DNA of 63,308 nucleotides, counting the filler, from Choristocarpus tenellus KU-1152 (lineage: Eukaryota > Protista > Phaeophyceae), in assembly GCA_964200185.2 (NCBI GenBank). It is 12 parts of 12 records of this genome, joined end to end, with 100 filler letters (N's around TTAATTAATTAA, not from the genome) between each part and the next. Parts side by side here need not be neighbours in the genome. Positions count along the whole stretch, not along the records: positions 11,572 to 21,269 come from CAXNAD020003467.1; positions 21,370 to 25,569 come from CAXNAD020015730.1; positions 25,670 to 29,217 come from CAXNAD020019331.1; 9 more parts are not named here. One strand, written 5' to 3'. This document shows positions 12,777-26,298 of this stretch, one piece after another. Position 1 is the stretch's first letter; every line of letters starts with the position of its first letter. The notes under the pieces were generated by a model. The model ran no database searches and was not told the origin of the DNA. It was given only the letters and a program-made list of their open reading frames with translations. A program made the position numbers and the translations under genes.

Positions 12777-13819
12777 AGTCCACTATCTTAAGAAGGAAAT
12801 GACTTGAGGGGATTTTCCCATCTCCCAGTCTTGTGAAATGACATATTGCTCATTGTTTTCCTTGGATCGTTCAGTCTTACTACCATACAACAAACAGAAG
12901 GAATATATTGTTTATTTGTAGTATGTGGGGGAAACGGTCATTGGTATACCTGCGTCAATATAATACTCTTTTTGACTGAACCATGATCCTTCTTTCATCA
13001 TTTCACAGGATTTAATCCGTCTTCTTTGATATCATGGAAGTTAGGAGAGTACTACGTTCAGCTCGTCGCTGGATGAGTTGCCCCTCAACATTATTGAAAA
13101 AATCGTCAGGTCACCTTCTCTGCTACGCCCTACTTCTGAAATCGGATATTATTTACCAGGGATGAAACGTAGGTACGTAGATTGTATTTCATCACTGAGC
13201 TATCCCAAAATTGCAATTCTGTGTCAATGAAGCTCAATGCGCAAGGCTTCAAGATATCGTCCTCCAAGTGCCTCTAGGACACCGAAGAAACACGTTGACG
13301 CCCCAGACTTCTTTTCTCTAGCTCCGCTGCAGCAGTGACCCAAGACACTCCTGAGGTATTTTCATCTTGCAGCATCACCAGCTGGCCTGCTGCTTTTGGG
13401 CTGTCACCTACCAAGTGCATCACTACTCATGCTGCTCCTACTGCATACATCCAATAGCTATAGTAGGTTAACTGTTACCACATTTGGGCTATAACCTACT
13501 TTTTCTCAAACCAAATCGCGCGTATCTGATTGTCGTAAATCACTCCTCGAGCTCAACAAAATAATCCCCAACTGCTTCAAAGCTTGCATGTGACAACCGA
13601 TGATGTAAAGTACGGACGATCTCCGCCATGTACTCTACGTTCAAAATTCAGGACTCATGGGTTATCCCTCTGACTGCCACTCTTTTGGTTGGTGTGAAAA
13701 CCCGTTAGGTTGAGCAGTTGTCACATTTGATTCTCCCTAGCTTGTCGAGCAAAGGCCAAGCTCCATAACGTTCCAGTAGTTGGATGCCCAACTCCTAACC
13801 CAGAACACAGGCAACTGTA

Positions 13820-13951
13820 ACCCAAGTTTTGCTTTGCTTGTCCGTTCGGGCTTGGCTTCCCATGTTTTTTTTATGCCTTTTATTCGGTTTTCTGTTAACA
13901 CAGTTCCCTACTCCGAAACATTTCGGAGTAGGTAAAGGGGAAGTTTATGAA
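13820..13951 (+). repeat. MITE family A internal fragment
   Basis: Contains GGCTTGGCTTCCCATG and the CCTACTCCGAAACATTTCGGAGTAGG hairpin. No TIRs. Confidence 0.7.
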
Positions 13952-14158
13952 GTAATCTGAGTTTTGTGGGCGGAAGAATGCTGGTTGGTTGGGGGCACAG
14001 GGCAAGGAAAGGGACGGAAAGGAGTAAAAAGTAGCAAGGAGGGAACTAAGAGTTAAATATCGAGTGGTTGAGAGAGGGAGAAGAGAGGTTAAGAAAATAG
14101 GTGGCAGGCAGAGGTATGGGTAGAGAAGGAATGGAAAGTATTGAAATGAAGAGGAAAC

Positions 14159-14417
14159 GAGTGAAAGTATCTTAGAGGGTATGGGTTTTGCCCTGTTTGT
14201 CCATTTGGAGCTTGGCCCCCCATGGGTTTTTTAATTACATTTACATACTCCAAAATGTTTCAGAGTAGGTAAAATGTATACGTTGTGAAAAGGTATTTCC
14301 AGAAAAAGGATATCAACACTTCCTGACAAACACGATAGCCAAAATTACATCAAAATCGCAACATTGAATTTTTGCTCCCAAAGGGACGCGGCCCTACCCT
14401 CTAAGATACTTTGGCTC
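14159..14417 (+). mobile_element. MITE family A copy
   Basis: Full TIRs GAGTGAAAGTATCTTAGAGGGTA / TACCCTCTAAGATACTTTGGCTC, TSD AAAC/AAAC. Confidence 0.95.
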
Positions 14418-14627
14418 AAACCCGAGGCTGGGGTGGCAGGACGAGGAGGGCTAGGTCAAGAGGACCCCTGAGCAAGCTTTCCCGCCCACCCGCCCTGTCA
14501 CTTGCTCATGATTGACTTGGATCTTAGGGTGGGAGGGGAGGCCAAGTTCGGGCGGGGTAGACGTCTTCTAGCTCAAAGGCACGGTATGAAGGGGATGATG
14601 AAGGGGGGTTCTTGGATTATTGGGGAG

Positions 14628-14776
14628 TAGTGTTGAGTGGTGTTCAATGGTGAGGTGGAGTGGTAAGTGGGGTGGGATTGTCTGGAGTGGTGACTGGCGT
14701 GGGGTTGAGTGGAGTGGTAAGTGGGGCGGGGTTGACTGAAGTGGTAACTGGTGTGGGGTTGAGTGGGGTTGAGTGA
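14628..14776. repeat. Degenerate G-rich minisatellite
   Basis: Recurring GTGGGGTTGAGTGGAGTGGTAA-like units. Confidence 0.7.
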
Positions 14777-16104
14777 GCTGGGTAAAGACAAAGTTTGGCG
14801 TGGAACTCTCATTGGTGGTTCTGGGTACTATCCTAAAGCACCTGGGCTATGTGCGGAGAAGGGGTCAAATCAAGATCCTACCATTGACAGAAGAGAGGAA
14901 GGCACGTGTTCCTGGTTGAATACTCCTGAGAAGGAAGTTGTAAAGGGGAGAATGATATTCCAAGTGAGAGATCGATTAAGGCTGGGGTGGTACGGTGACC
15001 CTAACTGGGATCGGATTGAGGGTGGATGGAAACCAGCTGACCGTGGCAAGTCGGTTGCCCATGCCCTGAGGGAGATGACGAAATACATGAAGACAGATGA
15101 CATTAACCGAAGGGAGAGATATATTTGACCTGACGGATGTTCCGCACGAGCTTCAAGATACGGATGAGTAAGCGAAGACCCATGGATCATGTAGAAGGGG
15201 AGTAGATAAAGAAGATTATTATGTTGCTCGTCTTATTATGTTTGTTATTCAATGGCAGGCTCAGATTCGTCAGCTTCAACGTTCTGATTATTACCATCTT
15301 CCACCATTAGTTCCATCTCATAATCCTTCTCCAAAATACTCTTGTTATACAGATAATTGCACCCTATTGAAAGTGCCGCTATAACTCGGTCAATGCGTTA
15401 GGACGTCAGATTTCATTCCATGTATGTTTCATAGGATGAATCAAACTCTCGCAGATTTACAAGGGTTTGAATGCGTCCTGTCTACTTCGTGGGAAAATAA
15501 TTTTCTTCAAATTTGGGGTAAAACAGGACGTATCTTGGGTTCTACCTGGATCAGATCAAGCATGTTCCCACAATTCCCATCATATTTTGTTAGTAGTCTA
15601 AATTGGAAAAATATACGATAGTGCTTCCCTCCTCCATTAAGTACTCTTATGTTGTTTGTGTTCCAGAAATCGTGAAACGTAGGTTCGTAAGTTAAATCCC
15701 TAACCCTATATTTATATAGTATTATAAATTATTTGTGAAAATATCATTTCTATTATTATTTTAGGAATGGGTAAAAAAAAGAGAACGTTTCAATCATGTC
15801 ATCCTCTACATTGTTTTTATTCTCTATAATTCTACTACAACGTACTACTACGTAAACCTACGTACTACTTAATAATAGTACCTACAACAATATCAAAATA
15901 TACGGTATCGTATGATATTCTCAGACCACCTCCTCCTTGAAGAACACATCTTTTATAGTGACTTGACAATAGTGTAGTGAAATCTTGTGATTAGGCACAC
16001 GTCAACCCAACTTGTTCCCTCCCACAACTAGTTTATCGCAGTCACCAAACTCTCGTTTCTCATCGTCTTGTCCATCACCTTCTCCTACTAAACCACCTAC
16101 TACA

Positions 16105-17866
16105 ATGAAGGCCACAGCTGCTTCTCTTGCCGCAATGGTGGCGGGTGCCTCTGCATTCGTCCCCAGCACCCAGTTGAGGACAGGAACGAATGCCCGCACT
16201 CCATCCTCAGGCATGAGCATGATGGCCAACAGCAAGGCGATCCCTTTCATGCCTCAGCCCCCTAAGCTTGATGGAAGCATGGCTGGGGATATTGGATTTG
16301 ACCCTCTCAACATCTCCAACTGGGATATTGATTTCAGTAAGGTGATATAAAGGCACAAGTTGGTGATAAAATGTTGCGCATCCTTCATGGAATGAAATGT
16401 TTTGATGCGTACACACACATACGTTCTGAGGGTGAATGTGAATTCCGTTCATGGCATTTCACGTTGTCTTCTGCATTATATTACAGGCTGTCTGTGATCG
16501 TGTCTCCTGGGGTCAACATTGATCTCTATATGTATGTATGTAGATAGAGTCCTCGCTACATCCAATGTCAATCACAAGGACAAGGGGTGACAGTGCAGTA
16601 CTATTGATAATTTTTTCCTCCCAGTTGAGTAGGATATAGGTTTGGGTGATCCTAAGTTTCCAGTTTCCCAGAGATTGCTTTTCATGATGTCTCCTTATGA
16701 TTATTCATCTGCGCATCCGTTAACGGCATCTTTCTCCACTGATCCATTCGTTGCGGCTTGACAATTATTATGGAAAAGATCATTGTTCCAGAGGCAGCGA
16801 TGATGCGTGATGGTGCCAGCGGTGTGGACACTCTTTACTGGATGCGGGAAGCTGAGCTCAAGCATGGCCGTATCGCGCAACTCGCTGGTACGTGACTCCC
16901 TGAGACCCTTCTTTTTTCCCTTTACCAAAATGATAACGTTGTCAGCGTTTCTCCACCAATCAGGCTCTTCTAGAAGTCTGGTAAGGTTGTATTATTCGAC
17001 TTCCGCTCCACTGCTCTTGATGCGACTCTCCCCCCTTTAATGTTAAATTCAACACCGCTGCCTGCCTTACGCATGGTGTCTGGGCTAACAGTGGTGGGCT
17101 GGATCGCGGTGGACAACGGACTGCGGTTCCCTGGCGCACAATATGCTGCACTGTCTCAGTCTGTGTCTGCGCATGACCCCATGGTGGCCTCTGGCAATAT
17201 GGGTGTTTTGCTGTTGGCCGTTTTCTTGCTTGAGATGATTGGTGGAGCTGCTATCTTTGGAGCAGCTGAAGGATCAGGGCGGGTGGCAGGTAAGGGTTGA
17301 ATGATGAATCGGGGTTGATGGAAGTCATTTCAGTCGATTTCAGACTACCCCAGATGGGTATCATCTGTACAGGAGGAAACGAAGCTGTTTTCTGTGGTGT
17401 GATTTTGTGTAAACACATTTATCTTGTTTGATGAAAGATGGACAAGTCTTTTTCCAGGCTAAGGTGAACGTCACAAAAGACTGTGGAGATTCTGGTAAGG
17501 TTTAAATCTCAGTTGAACGTGCCATGAACAATTTTACGGAGGGTGGGTGTGTCCAAAATGAATTCTACCATATTGTGTCTCTGCCTCCCGCTGCCCTATC
17601 CTCCCTTACGTGGTTGACTTGCATTGTGTTGTTTTCTGGTTCCCATCTTGAAATTGTGTGATCGACACATCACAATACACGTTTGCCCCTCGTGTGTAAC
17701 TGCAGGTGATTTCGGGTTGGACCCTTTCAAGCTCACCTCCTCTCCTGACAAGAAGGCTCGTTTCGAACTCAGTGAGATTCAGCACTGCAGGCTCGCTATG
17801 ATGGCGATCAGTGGGATTGCAACACAGGCTGTGCTCAATGGTGGTGCATTCCCATACACTGGCTGA
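16105..17866 (+). CDS. LHCR: Light-harvesting (fucoxanthin-chlorophyll a/c) protein, Lhcr-like, 234 aa, 4 exons
   Basis: Exons 16105-16341, 16779-16887, 17092-17289 and 17706-17866 total 705 nt. Signal peptide with ASAFVP cleavage motif, then SKAIPF...[35 protein letters not shown] and [11 protein letters not shown]. The subfamily is inferred from motifs only. Confidence 0.95.
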
Positions 17867-20283
17867 TTGTAATTTGGTCTTTCCTACAGGCAATCGTGTT
17901 TAGTAGGAATATAGTTTGATGTTGTTCAAGGTACGGAGTTGCGTGTTGTAGATTTTCCCGTAATGATAAAGAGGTGTGTTGGTTTTCTGAAATAATTAAG
18001 TCCACTGGCTGAGTACTGTCTCTTAGAGACTCAGCATTGGAATTCCCTAGAAGGTCTGAAGGAGAGCAGTGGGGGGAGGGAGAGGAGGCAAACTGCCTAA
18101 TGTAAAACGCTTGTCGGAAGTACAGGCTCTGTATGTTTTTGCGCACCCATGGTGTGTGTGGAGAGGAGAGGCAGATGAGATATTCAGTGAACGCTGTTGG
18201 CACAGATGAGCTCTTCTGTCCATATTCTTTCTTGCTGATACCAACCTGATTTGCAATAGCTTTGACCTTTGTAATAATGTGCAGAAGGGAGGACCTGTGG
18301 TTGTTCTTTTAATCAGGGGTTTACTCATGCTGCACTTGACCAACGTGGTCTGTACTTTGGATACACATCTAAGGTTAGATAGGTCTAGCAGGCTGTGATA
18401 ATTAGCTCCGGTCTTTTGTATGGAAGGAGAACTCAACATGAATTTGCCTTTTCACATTGTTTATTTATGTGCGCCTAGCGGGGTGAACCTGCCCTCTCTA
18501 AAGGTTTGGGGCTGTTCCGTTCTGTTCACACTTTGTTTGACCCTGCTTGTAATATTTTTCAAGGTCATGGCTGGGAGATACAATTCAAACAATTTTTTCT
18601 CTCATGACTGGAAGGAACTGCAGTATTGCAACACAATGGAGAAATTGTAACCCTCTTGATATTATAGTACATGCTCTTACTTAAGAAACATTCTTGATTA
18701 CGCAATATGACTGCAGAAGTCGGCAGATGACGCCACGCCGTTTTACCGATCCTGTCAGAAATTTCGGAACCAGTCAGCATGCACATCAGACTACCATTTT
18801 TCTTACCTCCTTAATGAAGGTCTTGATTTTTTCCTGCAGTTTTGTTTGTACTCTTTTAGACAGTGAAGAGGAAGTGCCGTATGAAAGGTGAACAATGAAT
18901 GTTGTACCATAACGGATGCGACAATTTCAACCATGAACACAAACACACCCAAAACGCAAGTCCCAGCCCTGTGCATTACATACTTAAGTAACATACGTAA
19001 TAGTGGTAAGTGAATGGGAAAATGCGTACCAGTACCAAACAAGCAAAGGACTTGTGTCCATGTACACCGAAACCTTCATCTCAAACTTTTATGGGGACGA
19101 AAATGATACGAAGGTCGTTCCTCAGGAATCAACATCCATATCTGTTTCAAAACCCCTCCACCCTATTCCATTGATCCTCCTAGAGATTATGTACCCACTT
19201 CCAAGTGGGTAACCATCTCTAGTTCAATTAGTAAAAAAAAAAGCCTGAGATAGAGCTGTAAATAGTAAGGGGCATTACTCCAGACTACATCACACAAAAA
19301 ACCCCCAAGAACACTCACCTTTCTCTCATCAACCTGTTGAGTATCTAATACTACTACAGTTCTGACTGCAAAAACATTACCACTACGATTAAATCGACTA
19401 GAGTGAAATCTCCACCAATTGAATCAAATCCGATCATCTAGGTGAATGGAGCTTCTACCAAACACCCAAAGGTTGACAGGTGGTGCATGGGCAATGCAAG
19501 GCAAAGAAGTTCAAAGAGCCTCCACAGGTCTCAGCAGAGTTAGACCCCAAGTCATAAAGATCGAAAGGTGTTGTGAGTTGTGGGTACCAGCACCTTGTGA
19601 CGAGCAGGTGTTTCTGTGTCCTCTGACACATTACTGGTCACACTTCTGGTTGTAATGCAGTGATAAAAAACAATCATATCATCGAAACTTTTTCATTTGC
19701 TTTTCTTCTGTATCGTTACTGATTGAACTGAAGCCAATCGAACTGCCGCAATTCTCGATGCTATTATCACCAAGTACTGACACAGAGAAACACCGTGTTG
19801 TACCTCTCCTTCACTCGAGTCTCTCCGACAGATTAAGGTTAAGGTTACATGCATGACACTAGCAGAAGTAAAAATGAACACCTTGAAAGGGATTCATAGT
19901 AATCGTTGATGATAGTGAATACTTGGACAAACATCATTAGTACACACATACATAGTTGATGCTGCAAATGTTTTCACGATCATTCCCTCATCAAAGTAAA
20001 GGCAAAGGACAGCTCGACCTCAGCAGCCACATATGAGCGACCAAGCTGCCTGCCCAAGTTTCTAACGACCATCCCATGCACCAGGAACTACTGCCACACA
20101 ACAAACTTGATGTACCATTGCCCTCACCTTCACACCACACGACTTGTTCACCAAACACCAGAAACATGCCCATGGACTTGAGTCAACACTTAATGGAAAA
20201 AGCTCATAGCACAACCTACAAATCCTCACAACATCACAAAAACACAAAAAAGCACAAAAAATAGACATACACAAACAATATAT

Positions 20284-20479
20284 TCAATCCAGGTGATCCC
20301 AGTATTGCCGACCCCCCGCCTGCTGGGTGGCTTGACCTCTGTGCCCAGGCCGCTGCTGCTGCTGTTGCTGATACTGCTGGTTCATGTATTGTTCCTGACC
20401 ATGGACACGGTCATAGCCCCCCCTGTGCTGACCTCCAACCCCTCCCACTCCCCCTTGCCCCGCGTTTCCGCCCTCCAGC
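20284..20479 (-). CDS. Probable terminal exon of an unknown gene, Q/G-rich tail
   Basis: Acceptor CAG, then LEGGNAG...QQQQQQ...YWDHLD-stop. Upstream exons are unresolved. Confidence 0.4.
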
Positions 20480-21369
20480 TGATTTGATGCACCAAATAAA
20501 CAAAAAAACATGAGAGACAAATATGGGTGTAAAGGGGCGGGGGGCGGGGGAGGGGTTGATTTCATGTGTTACAGAATTTTTCACTTGCCAAATCAGAACA
20601 CACACACACACATACACACAAAAAAAAGAGTGCGTGAGTCTATTTCAAAAAAAAAAATAAAAACAAAACCCAACAGCGAGAACTTAAACTAACACCTAAG
20701 CTCATTGAATCATACTCCATCAAAGTATGCAAAGTGGACACCTGAACAAAACAAAAAATAGTGTTTACCTTCTGCTCCGGAATATATACCCACAGAAGAG
20801 AACACCAATTGCTCAAATTGTATCATTATTATACTACAGGAAATTCGACAATTATTTTTTTTTCCTTTTTAAACCCTTTCCTACCCCTCCTTTTCTCGAT
20901 AAGCTCAGCAAGAGCCTTGAACTGCATTAGTACACAAACATCGTAGCTAATACTGAAACACATAGGACCACAACACAACACAAGACAGACACACAGACAC
21001 AAAAAAAAGGGGCCACCATATCTCGGAAACACCATCTCATCTAGACCCGTACCACAGACGAATGACCACCACCTATAAAAACAAAAGAAATAAAAACTTC
21101 AAACTAATACCAACGGCGGTTGACAATTTTCTTCAAGGGAGATAGTTTTGGACATGTTCTCTGAGTGCAAAAAAAACGCGCCGAGAAGATTACTTGGAAG
21201 AACTTGAATTGATATATTTTCATCCAAACCGATCCCCTTCCCACCCATCACATTTCATGCACAGCCCCCNNNNNNNNNNNNNNNNNNNNNNNNNNNNNNN
21301 NNNNNNNNNNNNNTTAATTAATTAANNNNNNNNNNNNNNNNNNNNNNNNNNNNNNNNNNNNNNNNNNNN

Positions 21370-21443
21370 CTTTACAACACCATGATTCCTCTTCCTTCGT
21401 AGTCTATGTATCATATACAATGCATTCGATTCAGGTTTCAACA
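21370..21443 (+). mobile_element. 3' end of a copia-2 family LTR
   Basis: Near-identical to 52169-52244 (…TGCATTCGATTCAGGTTTCAACA). Truncated by the contig start. Confidence 0.85.
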
Positions 21444-21503
21444 TAAACCGCCTTCTGACACCCAGTCGCTGACAATGTAAGCCCTGAAGGCAACACCCAT
21501 GAT

Positions 21504-21540
21504 CCTAACCCTAACCCTAACCCTAACCCTAACCCTAACC
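21504..21540. repeat. Interstitial telomeric repeat (CCCTAA)~6
   Basis: Perfect CCCTAA array with non-telomeric sequence on both sides. Confidence 0.85.
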
Positions 21541-22260
21541 AACATCAATTACCTACATTTCGAACACTCAACCCAATCCGCGAAGAGACAGATTTCACCT
21601 TACATCTAACATGTCAACGTAGTTGCAATGCAGCAGCTATCGTCAGAATTAATTCCAGCGAATTCAACCGAACTTTTTTTCCGAATTTGGAACATGGGTT
21701 GCAGTGACATATGTTGAGATGAAAATCTCGACTTGTGCTGAAGATGGTGGTACGGAGTACAAGATGCTTCTGTGTCAACGTTGTTTTAGCAAGGTCTCTG
21801 TCAATTGCTCTGTGGTCCGATCAACGCAAAGAGGGGAGGAAAAATGATTGGGGCATCGCAGTAAGAGTGTTAGAGGATAGTGACAGAACGCAACAGAGAT
21901 GAATTCCAGGTTGCCACCAGGCCAATAAAAGCATGCGTATGAGGACATATAGACACAAACTCTTCAGGAAGATACTAAAATTAATATACCAATCGTATAA
22001 GTCCGTTGATTTAGAGAACGTCCGACCTCTCCAGTACAATATTTCTGTCGAGGCATGTGTCTGATTGGCGAAGTAGAGGGTGACTCACGATCAGGAATTG
22101 GCCTAGGTTGCTCCTCAAACTCGTGTCTCTCGTCAGTATGGGGGAAGATTGGGACTTGTCCAGAACCAGGCACGTGTAGGAGCGTCTTGGTCTATACTGT
22201 ATCGTTCCACAAGAAGCTGGATATTTCGCTATTCGCCATCCTCCCATTTAACCTCGTAGG

Positions 22261-22518
22261 GAGTGAAAGTATCTTCTTAGAGGGTACAAGTTTTTACCTG
22301 TTTGTCCGTTTGGGGCTTGACTTCCCTCGGGGGGGTTTTATGACATTTTACTTACTCCAAAATATTTCGGAGCAGGTTAAATGCATACGAAAAGGTGTCT
22401 CCAGAACATGGATATTGATACTTCTTAAAAAACACGAAAACCAAAATTACATCAAAATTGCAACATTAGATTTGGCCCCCAAATGGATGCAGCTCTACCC
22501 TGTAAGATACTTTGCCTC
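22261..22518 (+). mobile_element. MITE family A copy
   Basis: TIRs present, TSD TAGG/TAGG. Confidence 0.92.
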
Positions 22519-25518
22519 TAGGGGTAGCTGACTCGCTCATCTCCAACTTTCACCGTGTAGTGGGGCAGGTTTTTGGTCACGGTCCCTCGCATTCACTGAT
22601 GGTCCCATCTTGAAGTATAGTTACCTGCCCTTGGAACTGGCATTAAGTGTTTCTCCCTCATCTAAATGCCGCACAGCCCTCAGTATCGGTTCAAGGAGTA
22701 TATATTTCTCCGTATCCTTCTCCAAGTCAATATGCTTCCGCTGGCAGTCAACCATCGACCGGCGGCGTTGTCTGACAAGCTGGGCTACAGCCTCGACACT
22801 GTCCCGCTCTTTTCCCGAAGTTGGTCGACACTCTCCTCTATCTCGTCCTCTGTCATGTACGACCTCAGATGAGGGGGCAAAGATTTTTTGCCATCGTCCG
22901 GAAGGTAGGACACTGAGTAAATGTACCCCCCTGAATCGTCCACGTGAACATCGCTGACCTTCCCCTGTATGATAGACCCCCACTCGTGCATAGGATGAAG
23001 CTGGCTCCTCAACCGAACCTGGTGTCGGATGTGTCCCCAAGTCTGAGTTGCCTCGAGAAGCGAGCAGATATCTCACCAAGGGGTTGCCGGTTAGATTCTG
23101 ATGTGAACCTCTGGTATTGACAAGGCAGGATCGTGAATGTGTTTTCCAGGTGGTTGTGGTGGATGTCTGTGAAGTCTGGGTTTCTCACCTTGTCCGTCCG
23201 TGACATGTGAATAGTTGGCACTCCATCAACAAAGTAGCACTCAGCACCTCGAAGTCTTCAGAGACAAAGACCCCCTCATCTCCAGCACTGAACATCCCTC
23301 CGTAGCTGGATTGGTACCTGGCATTCCATTGAATCCTGTCCTTGTTTATTGGTCATAGTAAGACTCAGAAAAATAGGGAGTGTCCTAGTAAGACTCCCCC
23401 CCCTCATAAATATCAACACAAATGGATATGGATGCAAAATTACAATAGCACTGAAATGGGGTGTTGTCATAGACTCTCCCCCCTCAGAACTAATCACAAA
23501 TAATATTCGTACATGAGGATGATGGAATATTCAATTCTGATATACTATAGGACACACACACAAATGCCTCACAGTCGCATAGAGGTAGGGTGCTGCCATG
23601 GAAAGGCTTACACCTTCTCTAGGAACTATGAACATACGAACAAACAAGACAAGCATCTTCCAAGATCATCAAAATAGGGAGTGTCATAGCAAGACTCTCC
23701 TGCTTCAGAACTATCAAAACAAGCAAGTACAAGACACAAGAATAATCTCTCGACAAACACAGACAAAATGTCTAGCAATAACATAAAAATCTATAAATCA
23801 TAGCAAGACTTTTCAGTGCGAAAAGGCAGACATGCTATTCGCCTGTAACATGCCCCCCAGCGTGAACTAGGAATACATGTTTCACGCTTACCACAGGCGA
23901 TTGTGACGGATCAAGACAACAGATATAATCCAAACGCAACTGTGTTTCCACTTCTCTCTGCCGACGTACCGTAATCTGACGTTACCACCGAAATGGCCTT
24001 AGCGAGACAAATATGGGTGGAGAAAAATCTCTGATTCGACAATGGCGTCTTGGTGAACGGGAGCGGTCTCTGTGTTCTTCTTTGTTCCTCCTTGTGTCTT
24101 GTTGAGAGTGCCTGTGCCGGGATCTCGACCTGGAGTGGGATTTGCCACAAGTGGAAGACCTAAAACGAACGCGTTCTCTGCACCTGCCTCGGCGTTCGGT
24201 GGAGTGGACACGGTTGTTGCGATGATTCTCTTTTGAGGTGTGGTACTGGTCTGGGATATCTCCGAATCATTGATTCCCAGCGGAATCTGTGAAATAAAAG
24301 AACAGCGTGACACACAAAAAACAGATCGGGAATGTAAATATACGAACGGCGAGAAAGAACTACCTAGGCAACGTCTATTCCATGACGCTCAGAAACCACT
24401 CGTTTAAGACTCTAGGTGGATGATGTGGCAGTCAGAGAACACTCGTTGTACAACTATACAAGGATGATGGTTCCCTTGGAGCCACAGATGCCATCACTCC
24501 CACAGAGATGACGAGGCCATGAAGAAGAAGACCCTGTAGACGACGAATGAAGACCACACCCCCAACCAGAAAAAAATAGAGAATCCAGGCAGACGTAGGG
24601 AGCTACAAGGAATCCTAAGTGTTGAGGTGGATACTGAGTATTCCCTCCAGTTTGAAGAGTCTCGGTAGGACCTCCATGTTACAGGCGCCCCTCAAAGCTT
24701 ACCTCCACAGGATGTATAGCTCCAATCTACGGGCCTATAGATGATACTGATGTACGTATAGGACTCCTAATGCACAAGTCGTCAGGTATGCTGGATCTGT
24801 CACTTGAATTAACATCAATATCATCATATAAAAAGGAACTGATCCACGATGTCTTATCAATATCGGGGATCATAATGACCAAATAATAAATAAATAATCA
24901 AGTAGTACAAATATCTCAAATCTAGAACTTCAATGTCATAATGGTGTTTATGAAACCGCCATCTAGACGTATCGCCTGTAACAAAAGTTCCGTCAATTCT
25001 TGTGGCGTGAATATTACAGTAGTAGTTCAGGTAGGGGTTTGTGAAACTTCCATATAGATCTGACTCCCTGCAATAGGAAATGGACGAGCATCTGAGCAAC
25101 ACAAGCAAATATATGAAATCAAGTTTGTTCTGAAAGTTTTGTAGACCAGGTTTGTAATTTTGAGACTTGGCTTTGACAGGTGTTGCCTCTTCATTTGAGA
25201 CCACCTCTATGGGCCCCACATATGAGCCAGAGGATCATGGGCCAGTCACGCGAAGAATTACAGTATTCCTATGGACCACCTGGTGCACACGATCCAAGGT
25301 AACCTGAGCCATACCAGTTTCATGGGCTTGGTGGTGGAGGGAGGTCTCAACTTTACAACCATACTTGACTCACCTCCTCGGGGTCCATTCTAAGCTCTTG
25401 GGGCTTGCTCTAGTAGAGGGTCTAAAAATTCACTAGCATCATCCACCAGGCGTTGACCCATATGCACAGTCATGTTACTACACCTATGCAATGTGTATGT
25501 GTGACATAATGAAACTAA

Positions 25519-25569
25519 GACCCAAAGTATCTGGGGGGGCGGGGGGGGTCTACACCAGGGTGTCAATTT
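25519..25569 (+). mobile_element. Family C TIR end + poly-G
   Basis: GACCCAAAGTATCT-G-run-GTCTACACCAGGGT, matches 46949-47014. Confidence 0.7.
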
Positions 25570-25689
25570 NNNNNNNNNNNNNNNNNNNNNNNNNNNNNNN
25601 NNNNNNNNNNNNNTTAATTAATTAANNNNNNNNNNNNNNNNNNNNNNNNNNNNNNNNNNNNNNNNNNNNCTCTCCGGCGGGGAGGCGCC

Positions 25690-25736
25690 CCCCCCCGGCC
25701 CCCCCCCCCCCCCCCCCCCCCCAGATACTTTGATTC
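25690..25736 (-). mobile_element. Family C TIR end + poly-G
   Basis: C-run followed by AGATACTTTGATTC. Confidence 0.6.
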
Positions 25737-26037
25737 TGAAGGTGAGAGAGTGTGCGCGATAGCCAGGTCATACTGCGGAAAGGATGCCTCCTTCTAGTTC
25801 GCATCCAACGAACCCACCTGGTTGTCCCCCATTACAAGAAATTATTCCTAAGAGATAATTCTGAATTATCTGAAATAATCCTGCTGAATATGTAGATTCT
25901 CTGCCATGGATTTGGCATGAGAATGGAGGACAGGACATTCTTGGAAGTCTGTAGTGACGTCATTGAGAATGTTCAGGTCAACTTTCTACATCCTACCCAT
26001 AAACATGGTCTTCAACACAGTGTTTGTCTGGAGGTTT

Positions 26038-26298
26038 AAGTCAAAGTAAAACGACAGGTACCCAGAGTTGCATTTTAAGGATGCTGACAAATATGTGCAA
26101 AAATCATATATTTTTTACAAGTGCGTATAAGAACCTTTCTTCATGCTGTCGAAATCTTTCTAATAACAGAGAAAACAATGCTCTCAAGTGAAACTTGGCA
26201 CTCCATCCTTAGGAATATGGGTTAATTACAAAAGATTGAAAATTGGCGTAAAATGCAAAATGACCAAAATCTGGGTACCGCTCGTTTACTTTTGCATC
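26038..26298 (+). mobile_element. MITE family B copy
   Basis: AAGTCAAAGTAAAACG...CGTTTACTTTTGCATC, with shared internal AAGGATGCTGACAA. Confidence 0.75.

Noticed and set aside
13045-13172. F-box-like peptide LDELPLNIIEKIV
   Set aside because: Short, with an in-frame stop just upstream and no supporting exons identified.
21504-21540. True chromosome end
   Set aside because: Only about 6 units, with LTR and unique sequence distal to it.
22055-22531. Recurring short ORFs with KWTNRAKLVPSKILSL or LPTPKxFGVG peptides, as a gene family
   Set aside because: They are chance translations of the non-coding MITE-A sequence in various frames.
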